64,000 nt of DNA from Yuukianura sp. NJ FZ-2021. Lineage: Eukaryota. Positions 50,878 through 63,553 of the stretch are shown one piece after another (the stretch's first letter is position 1; each line of letters opens with the position of its first letter). The notes beneath the pieces were generated by a model, which did no database searches, was not told the DNA's origin, and worked only from the letters and a program-made list of their open reading frames with translations. Both the position numbers and the translations under genes were made by a program. The stretch covers positions 2,976,001 to 3,040,000 of the forward strand of contig CM102289.1 in NCBI GenBank assembly GCA_046563655.1, given 5' to 3'.

Positions 50878-53800
50878 ATGATTATCAAAAAACTGGTCCT
50901 CAATTTTCTGGCATTTCCGCCCTTTCTCTTGTTTTTAGTGATTGTATTTCCATTTCTAGCTGTCCTTTGGTTACACCGTATCATCGTCACTTTAATTTTG
51001 AAACCGCTGTTTCGGAGAGACTTGAAAGAGGCCAATTCTGGGATTGAACTTATTTACTCCTTTGAAAAGTATTGGAATGGAACGCGAGAGGCGATTTCAA
51101 TGGTGAATGTCCTTCAAGGGACGCTGGATGTTGATAAAGTGAAACAACGGCTGATGGACGTGATTTTGTACAAACGACTCAGCAGTTGTGACGAAATTTT
51201 AAACTACGACCGTCTCACAACGCTCCACCCATTTAAGTGGATGGGTTTTGTATTTTGGAAGGTCAGTTCTGAAAAATTTGATTTAGAAAAGCACGTTTGT
51301 GTTATCGACGCAGACGCACATGTGGAAAATTTCAACGTCAATAACACACTGGTCGAATGGCTCAGAAGTCCGTTTCCGAAGGATCGTCCGGCTTGGAGTG
51401 CAATGATTATTCCAGGTATTTATGTAGTAAAATCCAAAGTTAAATTTATAGTAAACAGCCAAAATTGAAACAGTATACCATTGTTTTATTGCAGATTAGC
51501 ATTACGTTTATACCGGGCGTCCTAAAACTTAATGCACGCTTTCATCAAGGAGTAGGATTAGGAAATTATGCGCTTCTTCCGATTTTGGCAATTTCTATGC
51601 TTAGAGATCTACCTAAGAAACTTAATCAAGGGGTGATATCTGGTGCTGCATGATGGTCTAAAAGCAAATGTCAGATGTAACGATTTCCTAAGTCTATGCT
51701 TTGGTGAAGGCGGGCACTAAGTTTTCGGACACCCTGTAGTTAACTTGCATGTATTGTAGCATATATTTCGGATGTGTATACATCATATCCTATACATCTA
51801 TATCATACACACCTAGCTTATTTGTATGTTATACAGCCAATTTCAATTTCAATTTCAATTTATTCTGAAAGTTTCCTGCATTAGCAGGTTATTACACCTC
51901 AGTTAGGTAATCTAATTTAAAATTAATATTATATTTAAAGTTATTGTGTTCTCGGCTAAGTTTAAGATTATCGTAAAATTTTAAAAGAGTGATGTGTGAG
52001 ACCTGGGGAAAAGCAAACAAGCAACACCTTAAAACTATGGAAAAGGTTATTCGTTCCGCGGGAAGATTTGTACTCAACGTGAAGAAATTTGATCCAGTGA
52101 AAGCGAAGGTTACGACCGAATTGAACTGGCTCTTTCCCAAACACCTAACTGATTACCGTACTACATTATTAGTTTCGACTATCATCTCAGGAAACTGCCC
52201 AAAGTACTTTATAAATTACTTCAGCGAAGTCCAGTCTACTCAATCAAGCACAACTACTAGAAAGAAAACTCATGTAGCAAATTTAAACCGGAAAATTCAT
52301 CCTCAATCCTTTAAATCAAGTGGTTTTCGCAAGTGGATGGAGACGGAAGAGGATGTACGACGTCTTACCAATCCAATTGCAATAAAAATGAAGCTTAAGG
52401 AACATTTTATGAAAGCTCAACACAATGAACTCGGACGCCGAAATGATGTTGAGGAAGAGGATTGACAACTGAATATGCATCTTAATAATACGTAAAAATA
52501 CTTATTTTAGCAACGAAAGATTTAAAGTAAAATAATTATAAGTAATTCATCCTATATCACAAATTTTAAAAAAAAACAGATTTATACAACATTTAAAAAA
52601 AAATACCATTTAGAAACTCCACTTCTCAACAATAATCCTAGTAACTATTAATATACGCACCTTTTTTTTTTTTTTAAAATACAACTGATACATTTACGCT
52701 AAACATATTGGCTAATATTAATTACAAGCTATAAAACTATCATTAATACTTATTCTGAAAAGCCTGCCAGAAACAGGAGAATAAATGAAATGAAATGAAA
52801 TGAAAGTGATGAATGTATAGATAGATTAGATGTTTTAAGGTGAAAATTTAGACGGCTAGTTAAGTAGGTGATGATTGTGAGTCGATTCTGTTTGTATTTT
52901 GTACATTAAATAATTCTATTTGTTTGTTTAGGAAAAATTTCAAAAAATTAGTTTTAGCCTTAATTGAAACGCAGCAATTACTGAAGACAAGATGTTGTAG
53001 ATCACTAAGGGGTCCAAAAACGTAATGCACGCTTTCATCAAGGAGTAGGATTAGGAAATTGTGCGCACCTCGTACGCTTCTTGCAATTTTGGCAATTTTT
53101 ATGCTTAGAGCTATACCTAAGAAAGTTAATCAAGGTGTGATATCTGGTGCTGCATGATGGTCTAAAAGCAAATGTCAGGTGTAACGATTTCCTAAGTCTA
53201 TGCTTTGGTGAGGCGGGCACTAAGTTTTCGGACACTCTGTAGGTAATTTACATGTATTGTAGCATATATTTCGGATGTGTATTATATACTATACATCATA
53301 TCCTATACATCTATATCATACACACCTAGCTTATTTGTATGTTATACAGCCATACCACATGCATCTATATAGTATATTTTGTATGTCGTAAATGTATGTT
53401 TTACACAATAATTAGTATATTTGTATAAAATTCAAGTAGATTACATCCATATGATGATTAAAATTTGTTGTTCAGGTTATAAAAATGAGCAGGGACAAGA
53501 GAAGTCGCTCGTTGCGTTCCGAGTTCATCACGTGGTATCTGACGGTTACTCAATGGTAGACTTTATCGGACGACTCTACGATGAACCACACTACAGCAAT
53601 GCACATACTCGAACACTCAATGTCTACGTTGACATCATTCAGCAATTATTTTGGTCACCACTTACCGTATTCAGCCTAGTAAACACTTACGTCGTCAAAA
53701 CCGTTGCGGCAATTTTCGCCTCGTCACTCAAGAATTGGCTTCGAAACAACAAAAGCTCAAATGAACGGCAAACAATGACTTTGATCACAACGCATTTTGA

Positions 53801-54668
53801 CCTCAATGAACTCAAAGCTCTCCGGAAAAGTTTAAGTAAAAACTTTAAAAAACAAGTTACATTTGCTACGCTGATTTGGTTCCTATTGGCTGGAGCCCTT
53901 CGAAGGTTGTACCTCAGTGGCCAATTTGATGCTACCAAAGCAAAAATGATTTCCCGCAAAGGACAACTCAAATTCAATGTTGGTTATGGTACGCCAATGC
54001 GCACACCTCATCCACTTCGCTCGTTTTCCAACCATTGGTGAAACCAATATATATTTTGCGTTACATTATATTATGAATATTGTATTCCTAATTAATTACT
54101 ATGTTTTTGTATAAATTCTAAAATTTTATTTACATAATTATGGTTACTAGGGCTATGAACAACTACAGTGTACCGTTTGGAGATGAAACAAGGGAGGAAC
54201 GACTACGTCAAATGGTCCAAACTTATTATTGGCGCGAAACTACAAAAATTAGTGACATGGATACCTGGTTACACGCAGTTGCAACAAATGTCATACCAAA
54301 TTCCTTCCTTTCAATGATTATTGAGGCAGCATCGCCTAGCGTGATTGGACTTACAAATCTTCCTGGATCACAAACGTTAGTTCACTTGTGTGGTGCTCAG
54401 GTGGAAGAAGTTTATGAACTAACTGGGTTACTCTACAAGCGATACAGTAAATTAAATCATTTAAAAAAAACGTGTAATCCATTTATAACAAAATAATTCT
54501 TGCTTCCTCAAAGGTTTTACACTTGGATGCTACTCATACCGTGATCAACTTGAAGTCACACTTTTGTCTGATGACGAAATCCTTAGTCACAATGCGTCTC
54601 AAATGTTGCTCAAAACCTACTTTCGTGAAGAAATTAACGAGCTGACTGCCAAGTACTTAAATCCTTAA
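50878..54668 (+). CDS. WS/DGAT-like (HHxxxDG) O-acyltransferase, 4 exons
   Basis: N-terminal TM, 'FDLEKHV', 'PFPKDRPAW', catalytic 'FRVHHVVSDGYS', 'FSNH', 'LTNLPG', 'YSYRDQL'. Confidence 0.8.
51513..51736. mobile_element. Tc1/mariner-type MITE (TA-flanked, CAGGGTGTCC-like TIR)
   Basis: ta|ccgggcgtcctaaaactt ... aagttttcggacaccctg|ta. A second copy lies at ~53005-53239. Confidence 0.75.
51985..52805 (+). mobile_element. 5'-truncated non-LTR retrotransposon (CR1/L2-like ORF2 C-terminus) with (TGAAA)n tail
   Basis: ORF 51989..52465 'CETWG...LNWL...CPKY' resembles the post-RT region of LINEs. Ends in aataaatgaaatgaaatgaaatgaaa. Confidence 0.7.
53005..53351. repeat. Direct duplicate of 51513-51838 (MITE plus ~100 bp of flank)
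   Basis: Near-identical sequence from aatgcacgctttcatcaagg to tttgtatgttatacagcc. Confidence 0.9.
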
Positions 54669-55518
54669 GAGCAAGGTTGTTTGACTAAAAAAAGTTAATT
54701 TTGTTTAGAGCAGGTTGGGCACTACAAACCTTGTCGATAAAAAAAAATGCATCAATTTACCAATCTGAAAAATTGGTACCAATTCGTATGCAAATTTTAA
54801 TTTAAAAATTGGCTGTATTGTTATGTATTTGCTGTATGATGCACCGAAATGAAAAGACTTCTTCCAAATTAAAAAAAAACATGAAGTATTCTTGTTAAAG
54901 AAAATTGTAAGTCAACAAACCTGCTGCTTAAGAGAAATAATTTAAATTGTCTAAATCTTAAATTCAAATTGAACAACAGCAATAATCAGAGGAATGGCTC
55001 TAAACGTCCTCTGAGTTAGAACTTATGGCATTGGCAAACAGAATTAGAAATGTGGTTACTTCAGAAAAAAAATAGTGAGAGTATGATTGCAGAAAGGCCG
55101 TAAAAATTTAAAACCAAAAACAGCAGTAGCAGTAGGAACAATCTAAAATTAAAGTTGAACTTAAACTTCCAAAATATATATTTATCATTTTCTAACAATG
55201 AAAGTGGGGCAAGCTGCTTTTTCTCCAGAATTGTTTGATTAGTGTTTGAGTGCAGCTAGTGAGTGAGTGAAATAACTTTTTCAACAATCTTTTGATTTAC
55301 TGTCACTACCCTTCCACGATCAACGTAGTTAAATGGACCACATTTAAGTGAGTGCTCTCAATGACTTTGCTACTATAGCGTCTCATTTTCATTTGCAGTT
55401 TCCAAAAATAAAAAATGTAATTGATTGAAGTCGTGCAGAGGTCTGCACCTTCTACTATACAAAAACCTATGACAATCTGGATGAATAAATTTTCTACAAA
55501 AAACGCTAAAGTGTCATT

Positions 55519-57889
55519 TTAAACTTCCTTCTGCTCAGATTGTTGACTTGCCCTAGTTTTGATGAGGACATTGAATGGAACAGGGTCAAGGTCAATCCCC
55601 TGTAAATACTCATCAATTGGTGGTCCAGTCACTGGGTCACAATGGAAACTGAATTCCTGGATCAGCGTGGCAGTAACCAAGATCATGCTTGTTTTGGCAA
55701 CTTGCTCTCCAATACAGCGGCGCTTACCTAAAAACCAAAGTTTACACATCGAAAATATTGACAGCTTTGACTGTTGCAGAGGCCAAAGTTCATCATGTTA
55801 ACTTACCCAAACCGAAAGAAAGAATTTTGTCTGTATTAACCAATGTTCCATCTTTTGAGATGAATCTTTCAGGCGAAAATTCATTTGGGTTAATCCAGAC
55901 TGATTCATCCATGTTTGCAGTCCAAACGTTTAAAAGGATTGATGCACCCTAGGCAAAATTAAAGCACACAGAAATTGTGTAAATCTTCGGATTTGAAACA
56001 ATTGATTTCTAAATTTTAAAATTAACTGTAAATAATCTGACCTTTGGAATTCTGTAAGGGCCATATTCCCAATCTTGCAGCAACTTTCTGGGTATCAGCG
56101 GTAAAACTCTTGCCATTCTAGCAAATTTGGAAATCATATTTTAAGAATTATAACAGAAAAAAATTGTTGCTTACAATTATAATTAACCAGTAGAAAAGTA
56201 GACTTGAATTAAAAAAATTCAATCAAAAAATAGTGATAAAAATTTTTAGTTAAACGTATCACCTGTACAACTCGTACAGCGTTGCTTGGAGGTAAACCAA
56301 ACTGAAATTCCAAAAATATACGAATTGTGCAAAAAAATTAGAATACGGAGAAAAAATGTCTTTTTAGTACTTGGCAGTATCGTCAACATTGACGCGTCTA
56401 TTAGTTCCAATGACCCTGTCAACCTCATCTTGTAATTTGACCTGTACTCGTGGGTTGTATATCAGGTAACGAATCAAAAATTTCATTGTATGGGACTGTG
56501 TATCCGTTCCTGCAATGGCAATGTCTTGTAATACTGCGATCAAATTCGCCTCTGAAAGTAGCATAATAAAACGAACAAAATTGATAACATATTATATAAT
56601 AATTTCAGTTGAATTTACAGATTATTTGAATATTTGCGTAATATTTTAATTATATTCTACTATTCATCAGAAAACAAGTAAAAAAACCTACCTGTATAGA
56701 TTTCTAATGGATCCTCGGCAGGATTCGTAGAAGTATCCACCTTTTGCAAAAATTCTTGCAAGAAACTTTGCGGACTCTGCAAATATTCCCCTTGCTTCCT
56801 CACTTCATTTAGCACTTCCTATTCAACCAACATTGCGACGTTAATTCTCCTAACCGTCGCTTCGAAAGAGTTCTTTTCAATTTCAAAAAAAAATTCGTAA
56901 CCTAATGCAAATTGCGCTCTTATCTTTATGTAAGTATCAGCTTCACATTCTAAGAAAAACTTGTCTACCTCGTAGCTTTTTTTCCACGCCCGGTAATGTT
57001 TTTGCAAGTTTGCAAATCCCGTCCATTTCGGGAATATGCGCAGAAGTTTTGGACATATTTTGTCAATTCCAGCTCCAAATTGAATCGACTGGGCGACTGT
57101 GTGCATCGCTTCGAGGAGACGACGCGTTGTGTTGTCATCTGCTTCATACTTTTTACCCGTGAGAATTGTCCATGCAATGTTGAAAAATACTGGGTCGAGT
57201 TGGTTGCGCAATGTCAAGGTCGTTTGACCTTTGACCATACGTTGCTTGATTTCTTCACAAAAATCAACTGCCTCTTCTACCACAATAGATTCCATTTTAG
57301 ATTTAGTACTGAATCCATACTTGCGAAGAATCCGATGAGAGTAGGCACGAGTTTCAGCCCAAACGTCAGGCATAGAGAATATCAATCCTAATACAATAAA
57401 TTAGAATTATAAAATAAACCAGTGTATAACAAAGTTATAATTATTGTAGGATATCATATTTAGTAAAAATTACCCAAAGCCTTTCCCTCTGTTTTCTCCA
57501 GAATCAAAGTATCATTTTCATCTGATCGACTCAGAAGCGCTTCAGTGGCAATAGCTTTCACAATTTCTTGATGACTGTTCAGAACTACAACTAAAAACGG
57601 AAAACCATAGGTCGCTGTTAATTAGTTTATCATACAAATCGCTATAGATTTTTTCTCATCACTTACCAATGAAACTAGGTCCCAACTTTATGGAAAAGAT
57701 AGATCCATATTTTTTGGCAAACTTTTCAAATGCAATGGCGGGTTTCCTAGGATCAGCCCAAATCAAAGAAATGAGCGAACCAATAAGCGGGAAAGACAGC
57801 GGACCCGGAGGCAACTTTTCCTTTGACTTTCTCCGAGTTACGAGCAGAAGAAAAATCAAAATTGCAACGCCACTCAACCAAATTAACAT
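55519..57889 (-). CDS. Cytochrome P450, CYP2-clan-like, multi-exon
   Basis: N-terminal anchor plus 'LPPGP', 'WAETR', I-helix 'AGTDT', 'ELYR', 'PERF', heme motif 'FGLGKRRCIG' split by an intron. Confidence 0.94.
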
Positions 57890-58306
57890 CCTGACTTCAA
57901 AGAATAAATATTATTTTGTAAAAAACTGCATCTAAATTTTTAATCAACCGAACATTAGATTTGATCTCGATTAAGTTTATAGTATACTAAATACAATAGC
58001 TTTTTAAATATGGTTGTAAAATCATAAACATTTAATTGGATAAATCACAATACAACAAAAGAAGGTTAAATGACTCACGCAAGGTAAATCGTGCGTTTTG
58101 ATGATGCCGATTCATTATGTTGGGTCAATTTTAGTTCAATTTCATTTCAGCTGAAATTCTTTGCATGAAATGTTGAATTTTAATGAAGAAAAAAAAATGC
58201 ACCAGAAAGTAACAATACTTTTTCAAAATTTTCAACATCTATTTCAAAACCCCAGTTTCAAAGTTTGGAAAACTAATACAACAATGACTTTGAGCCTGCA
58301 CTGTAC

Positions 58307-59657
58307 CTAATTTCGAAATTTTTGAAAAATTGTTGTAAATTCGTAATTTTGTTGTTCGATGCTGCTGCAACTAGGACTGATTGGTCCGTTTGCGCAGTTT
58401 CCGTTGTCTCTGCCGACAGACCAGAACGATAGGAATCCAATTTCGTTGGCTGAAGCCCATTTAACCAGCTTCTGCCCATGCGCAGGTCGAAATATTTTGC
58501 CATTGAAATTCCTTCCCAGCATCGGCGTCACTCCGAGCATATGCTGGAGTTCTTTGTCTCGCTTCTCGGGCCAAAGTGTTTTCATTTGACGCAATACAGA
58601 CTGTGCTGCACCAATCACAGCGTCTCCCCAATCAGCACTCTTGGCGCCATATTCCATTGTCATGGCATTGACCATGTCGACTCTCACGCCTACTTGTTTA
58701 GCACTTTCTAGAACTTTGAGACCAAGGTCGGGATTGAGTCCAAAGTCTTCTGCTTGGACCATCAGAGTGTAGCTGACTGTGGTCGAAGGGCGCTCTTTTT
58801 GAACTTGGGCAAGTGCTTTGTTGACTCCATTGATGTCAATGGGTGCTTCGACGTCAAGGTCAAGGTGGTTCGTTCCCACTGTATCCAGTACAATCTTGTA
58901 AGCTTTCACAAGGGCTTCTACAGTTGGACATAAATGCTCAAGGTAAGGGCCCATGGCCCCTCCGAGGGCCACTATGACACTCCCGCCAGCATTTTGAACT
59001 GCTTGAATTTGAGCAATAATTTTGGGGTCATCCAATTCAAATTCTGCGCCCCACTTGGGGTAACATCCTGCAGAACTGCCAAGGGCAAATGCTAAAGTAA
59101 AGTCTTTCTGGCCGGTGGCGGCCGTGATTTGAGTCAAGTTTGTCTCTGGTCTGGTTATGTCCACGTAAGGCGCGAATTTTGGATGGTTCGGAGAGGTGGA
59201 GCTAACAGCAGGCTCAGTTGGTTTTCCTGCATCGGCATTGAGGTCAGAGGTCGAGGATGCTGGTGGTTTGCTAGTTGAAGTCACGTGAGTACTTTCTACT
59301 GTGGCGGTGGTGGTGGAACATTCAGAATTTTCTGGCCAATCACAACTTCCCGATTTGGCGTTGAATTTGAGCCCATTTGGACACGGGACGCGCAGTTCTT
59401 TTCCGTGGAGACAAATCAAGTAAGTGGAGCAGTCTGACGGATTTGCTCGAATTGAATTCTCTTTGCATCCTCCACCTTGAAAAGTTATTAAAATTCTATT
59501 AAAATTTTTGCCAAAATTTAGTTTATATTTTTGAAACATATAGAATTTTTTTAGTTATATTTTTGGCAATATGAAGAAGATTTTTACTTGAAACAACAGC
59601 AGAAGAACAGAAACTAAGACTTTGAATTAAGACTAGAGTAACAAAGTAATGTTGCAT
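58307..59657 (-). CDS. Secreted chitinase: signal peptide + CBM14 + S/T linker + bacterial-type GH18 domain
   Basis: Exon 1 is a signal peptide (59657-59588). Exon 2 has a 6-Cys peritrophin-A domain, then 'FAPYVD', 'FTLAF', 'LGGA', catalytic 'LDLDVE', 'LGVTPMLG', 'LSFWSVGRD'. Confidence 0.9.
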
Positions 59658-60807
59658 GTTTAACGTTCTTTGGACAACAAAATTGGCGGAAAAGTTTGAA
59701 TGCACTTGAGTGTGGCGATAATGTTTCACTGAATTTTTTAGCATTACCGCATTGCAATTTATTGGTTTCAATTTCCGTTGAGTCCATGAAGATTGATTTA
59801 CCACCCATGAACGATGCACGTGGTAGTGAAGGCTAAGGTCGATGATCTTGAGAATAATCAATTACTGCTTTAGAAAAGAAATTCATTCCGGAGAAAGGCC
59901 AATGCCACCGCGCAGATTTTTGGGCCCCTTGAATTATTCATCACCTAACACTCCATTGATTGACACAAGGCCAAAGGTCGTTTACAAAGTAGCGAAAGCT
60001 ATCTATTGGAATGAATGACATTGTCTATCTGTACGGCGTTTAACCTTGTAGTTTTCAAAGATAAGTTTTTTTTAAACATCGTTTACAATAATTAGCTCCT
60101 TAATCTCGGCGATCTGAATTTAGTTACGTAGATCTTATTTAAAATTCTTACAACACATATCTAGCTAAACTCATTTATTTTTAATCGTTATTATGCAGTT
60201 TATCCCAGAATCTGGGCTAAACTGCAAATTGATAACGATTAAAAACATAAATGGGGCGCAGATATTATTTTGTAGATTAAAAATATATCTCGGGCCCAGA
60301 TATATTTTGTAGCATTCAATTCAGATGATTCGGGGGAATCGCTAATCTCATCGGTTTTTCGTTCTGTGAGAGGTGTCGGAGGTTTCGAATGTCCTCGCGA
60401 TTCGCGAATCACTTCAATCAAATGCCAAACAATTAAAACTAGTCCGAGGATTAGCGTGCCCCCAGTCGACGTGGAATGGGCTGTCACTCTGTCGAAGACA
60501 GGTTTTCGTATTTTTGCCTTTTGTTGGTAAAGCTGTTTTTTTTTTCATTTCAGTCGAAATAGGTCGTAGGTCAAACCCATGAAAACGGAATAGGTAGTAA
60601 CGTCTCCGTCTGTCGCAAGTGCCCAGTAGTTTCGTATTTCAGATCAACGTTTAGGTTGGTTCCGGCTCCGGCTCCAACAATTCAAATTCCGAAGTAAGTG
60701 TTAACTCAAAAGCGGTACCTTGTGCGTACTTGGTCTAAATTCTTTTCTTAGTAAAGTTGAAATGGAAAAATCAACCAGTGACAATAATAATTTAAACAAT
60801 TTTAGGA

Positions 60808-60984
60808 ATGAGGCAGTTGAAAGGAAAGACAAAGGAGACTCCGGCCCAGAAAAAAGAACGAAAGAAGGATTTTCTGAAGAATAAGGAAAATGTGATGAAA
60901 GTAGCACTTCCAGCACTCGGAGTATTGGCACTAATCGTAATAGTAATCGTCTATATTGCGACATCAAGACCAAAGGCCTACTGA
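60808..60984 (+). CDS. SMCO4: Single-pass membrane and coiled-coil domain-containing protein 4 homolog (58 aa; not in ORF track)
   Basis: MRQLKGKTKETPAQKKERKKDF...VALPALGVLALIVIVIVYIATSRPKAY*. Characteristic MRQLKGK N-terminus and C-terminal TM. Confidence 0.9.
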   Translation: MRQLKGKTKETPAQKKERKKDFLKNKENVMKVALPALGVLALIVIVIVYIATSRPKAY

Positions 60985-61502
60985 AAAACTTTCTTCATTC
61001 CAAAATTATTGCAAGGGGACAATCAATCAAGAATGAGCGGACAGGGACACCATAAAACAAATTATAAATTGATATCGACTATCAGGCTCCCAGACTCTTC
61101 TAGCTATTGGATGTGATAATTATATTTTAAAAAGTTTTAATATAATTTTAAACGATAAAGGTTTATCTTTGATTAAGTACCTTTGTAAACGACTACATCG
61201 GTTTACTGTTTTGTATCAATTATGGACATTTATTTGTATTTGTCGTCAAACTGTGCTGTGCAGTACGTTGCCTACTAAAGGGACAAACAGACTTTCAAAT
61301 TATCGAAAAACTGTATAACAAATCTTGGAATCATATCATATTCGGATATGGGTAATGAGATTCTTACGGTAGTTTTGTAAATCTAACGGGTTTTGCAAAT
61401 TTAAGGTTTGCTTTACTATATACAATTTGGACTAAATTAAATTACAATTTGGAACATGGATTGTGACTGTACGTGAACCGTGAAATGAGGAAGTGATGAA
61501 CT

Positions 61503-62085
61503 TTACGATGGCATTCCTTTCTGAATTTGTTCCAGAGTGTCTACGATGTCTGTTTTTCCTTCTTTCTGTGCTCGTTGAAGTGGTGTACATAGATCCGCGT
61601 CCAATAATGATGGGTCAGCACCGTTATCTAAAAGTAATTGAATGATTGCTGTGCTGGGAGAAGGCGACAGAATGGCTCGGTGCAGCGGCGTGCTTCCATT
61701 ATTTCTTGTTTGACAGTTTACGTTCGCTCCAAGCTGGATCAGGATTCGAGTAGCACGTAGCTTCCCATTCCTGACAGCATAATGTAGGGCAGTGTATCTG
61801 CAAGAACGATGAATGAAGACAATTAAAATTAAACAATTATCAAACTGGAGCGTAACATTTGTGAGAATCTACTCACCCATAAGAATCCGTCGCATCAGGA
61901 TGAACATTTTTGGACGTAATCATATGCTGAATCCGGTCTACGTCATCGTCGATCGCTGCTTGCCAGATTCCACGTTCAAAGTCCAGTTCATCCAAGTTTT
62001 GACAAAGGCCAGAATTAGAAGTAAGGGTGCAACAGTGCGTAGTAATGGCTGTGTCGTGTTCACAACAACAATTGTGTTTCTCCAT
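61503..62085 (-). CDS. ANKRD39: Ankyrin repeat domain-containing protein 39-like, 2 exons
   Basis: 'QNLDELDFERGIWQAA', 'GYTALHYAVRNG', 'TPLHRA'. Confidence 0.85.
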
Positions 62086-62355
62086 CGTCGATTATCCGTT
62101 TTCGAACAAGAGGAATATGAAGCAGAAGCAGTAGAAAAGTCGTTTCTTAACTTTTAGAATGGAAGATTGACTCGTGAGCTTCGACTTTGGATATGTTATT
62201 GGTGCGATTATGACTTAATAAAAAGAGCAATTGAAGAAAGGACGATAAATAGAAAATCACACAGCTCCAAACTGACGGTGATGGTTCTGCCTGTGCCTGC
62301 TGCGTTTTGACACAGTGACTTGACCTGTGAATATGATCAGAGGCTCGTCCGGATG

Positions 62356-62706
62356 CTAATCTTGAGGCTCCGGTTCGGAAAATTCTCTTCGTAGAGTCCA
62401 GCTATATTCGGTCGTTTGAATGCCTTTGGGACACGACGTCACTGTGGCCGTGGCTGTTGTCGTAATAACTTTAAATCCCAGAACCTCCAAACCTGTTAAA
62501 ACAACTGCAATTTTAATAGGTGGTGGATTTCCGTTGTTGATATAACGACTTGAAGGGCCGAATCGGATGAATCCTTCGAGGTCACTTCCTTCTTGACGAT
62601 TTGACAAACAAGGGATCTCTTCCAAGTATTTCAAATCCTCTGGTTTCAATCCGGCAATTTCCACCACTCCGCTTCCCTTCTTCCAAATCACTATGCAATA
62701 TGGCAT
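62356..62706 (-). CDS. GTP cyclohydrolase I feedback regulator (GFRP)-like small protein
   Basis: Starts MPY. C-terminal 'VLTGLEVLGFKVI...YSWTLRRE' resembles the GFRP C-terminus. Clean 116-aa ORF. Confidence 0.55.
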   Translation of the reverse strand: MPYCIVIWKKGSGVVEIAGLKPEDLKYLEEIPCLSNRQEGSDLEGFIRFGPSSRYINNGNPPPIKIAVVLTGLEVLGFKVITTTATATVTSCPKGIQTTEYSWTLRREFSEPEPQD

Positions 62707-63553
62707 ACCGATCTATTCAAATGGTTCCAAAATCCAAAGTGCTGTTTACTTCCTCTAAGCTCAACTGTATTACAAAAAAAAACATGCGTAATTTGTCACT
62801 GTCAACTTGTCTTTGCCACCTTATTGCTTATGTGGAAATTGTAACCTGTGTTCCGTTGCGACAACAATAACAATGGCCCGTAAATCTTATTTAAATACGA
62901 GAACCGCCGACATCTTAAATTGAACACACGAACACACACACAAAGACGAAATTTCGAATTTAAAAAAATCAACTGTAACAAATTTGACCATCGGACAAAG
63001 CCTATCTGAAATCTGCTGATTAAAAGTCTGTCCTAGTATAGCATGTCCATTGAAGTGTAGTATGGTATAGAAAGGTTGTCTAAAACTCAGAATTCCGCCA
63101 AAGTGACTGTAAAGCCTTTAGTCTTACCGAATCCGGCGCCCGCATCGGTGTTTGTCGACTTCAAGTGTTTCTATTTTTGAATTTCACATAAACGCCCCAA
63201 TGAAACCCAACAAAACGTCACCCCACCATTCGTGGCAACATTTTGATGTAAGCTTGAGGCGGCAGTAGCTCTTGGGAAAAAGATTTCGAGAGTTGGGTTT
63301 GAAATGGCGGAAAAAGTGAAAAATTCGTGCATTTCAACTTCCCATGCTTCTATTTTTGAATTTCACATGAACGATATGTTCATTGTACTGTGTAAAATTG
63401 TGGAACAAAGCGTGTGGTAACAATATACCCAAACAGGGATCCAATAACAAATATATCGAATTACAATTTAAAAGAAATGTCAAAAAAAAAATTAAACTAA
63501 ATGGAATTATAAATCCACACAGGACGTATAACCGCCGATGCTGAATGCATATT

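Noticed and set aside
51513..53351. LTR retrotransposon
   Set aside because: No TG...CA termini, PBS or gag/pol. The repeats are a TIR MITE plus flank, and the interior is LINE-like.
60239..60582. ORFs upstream of SMCO4
   Set aside because: Non-ATG starts and no homology. Probably promoter or UTR sequence.
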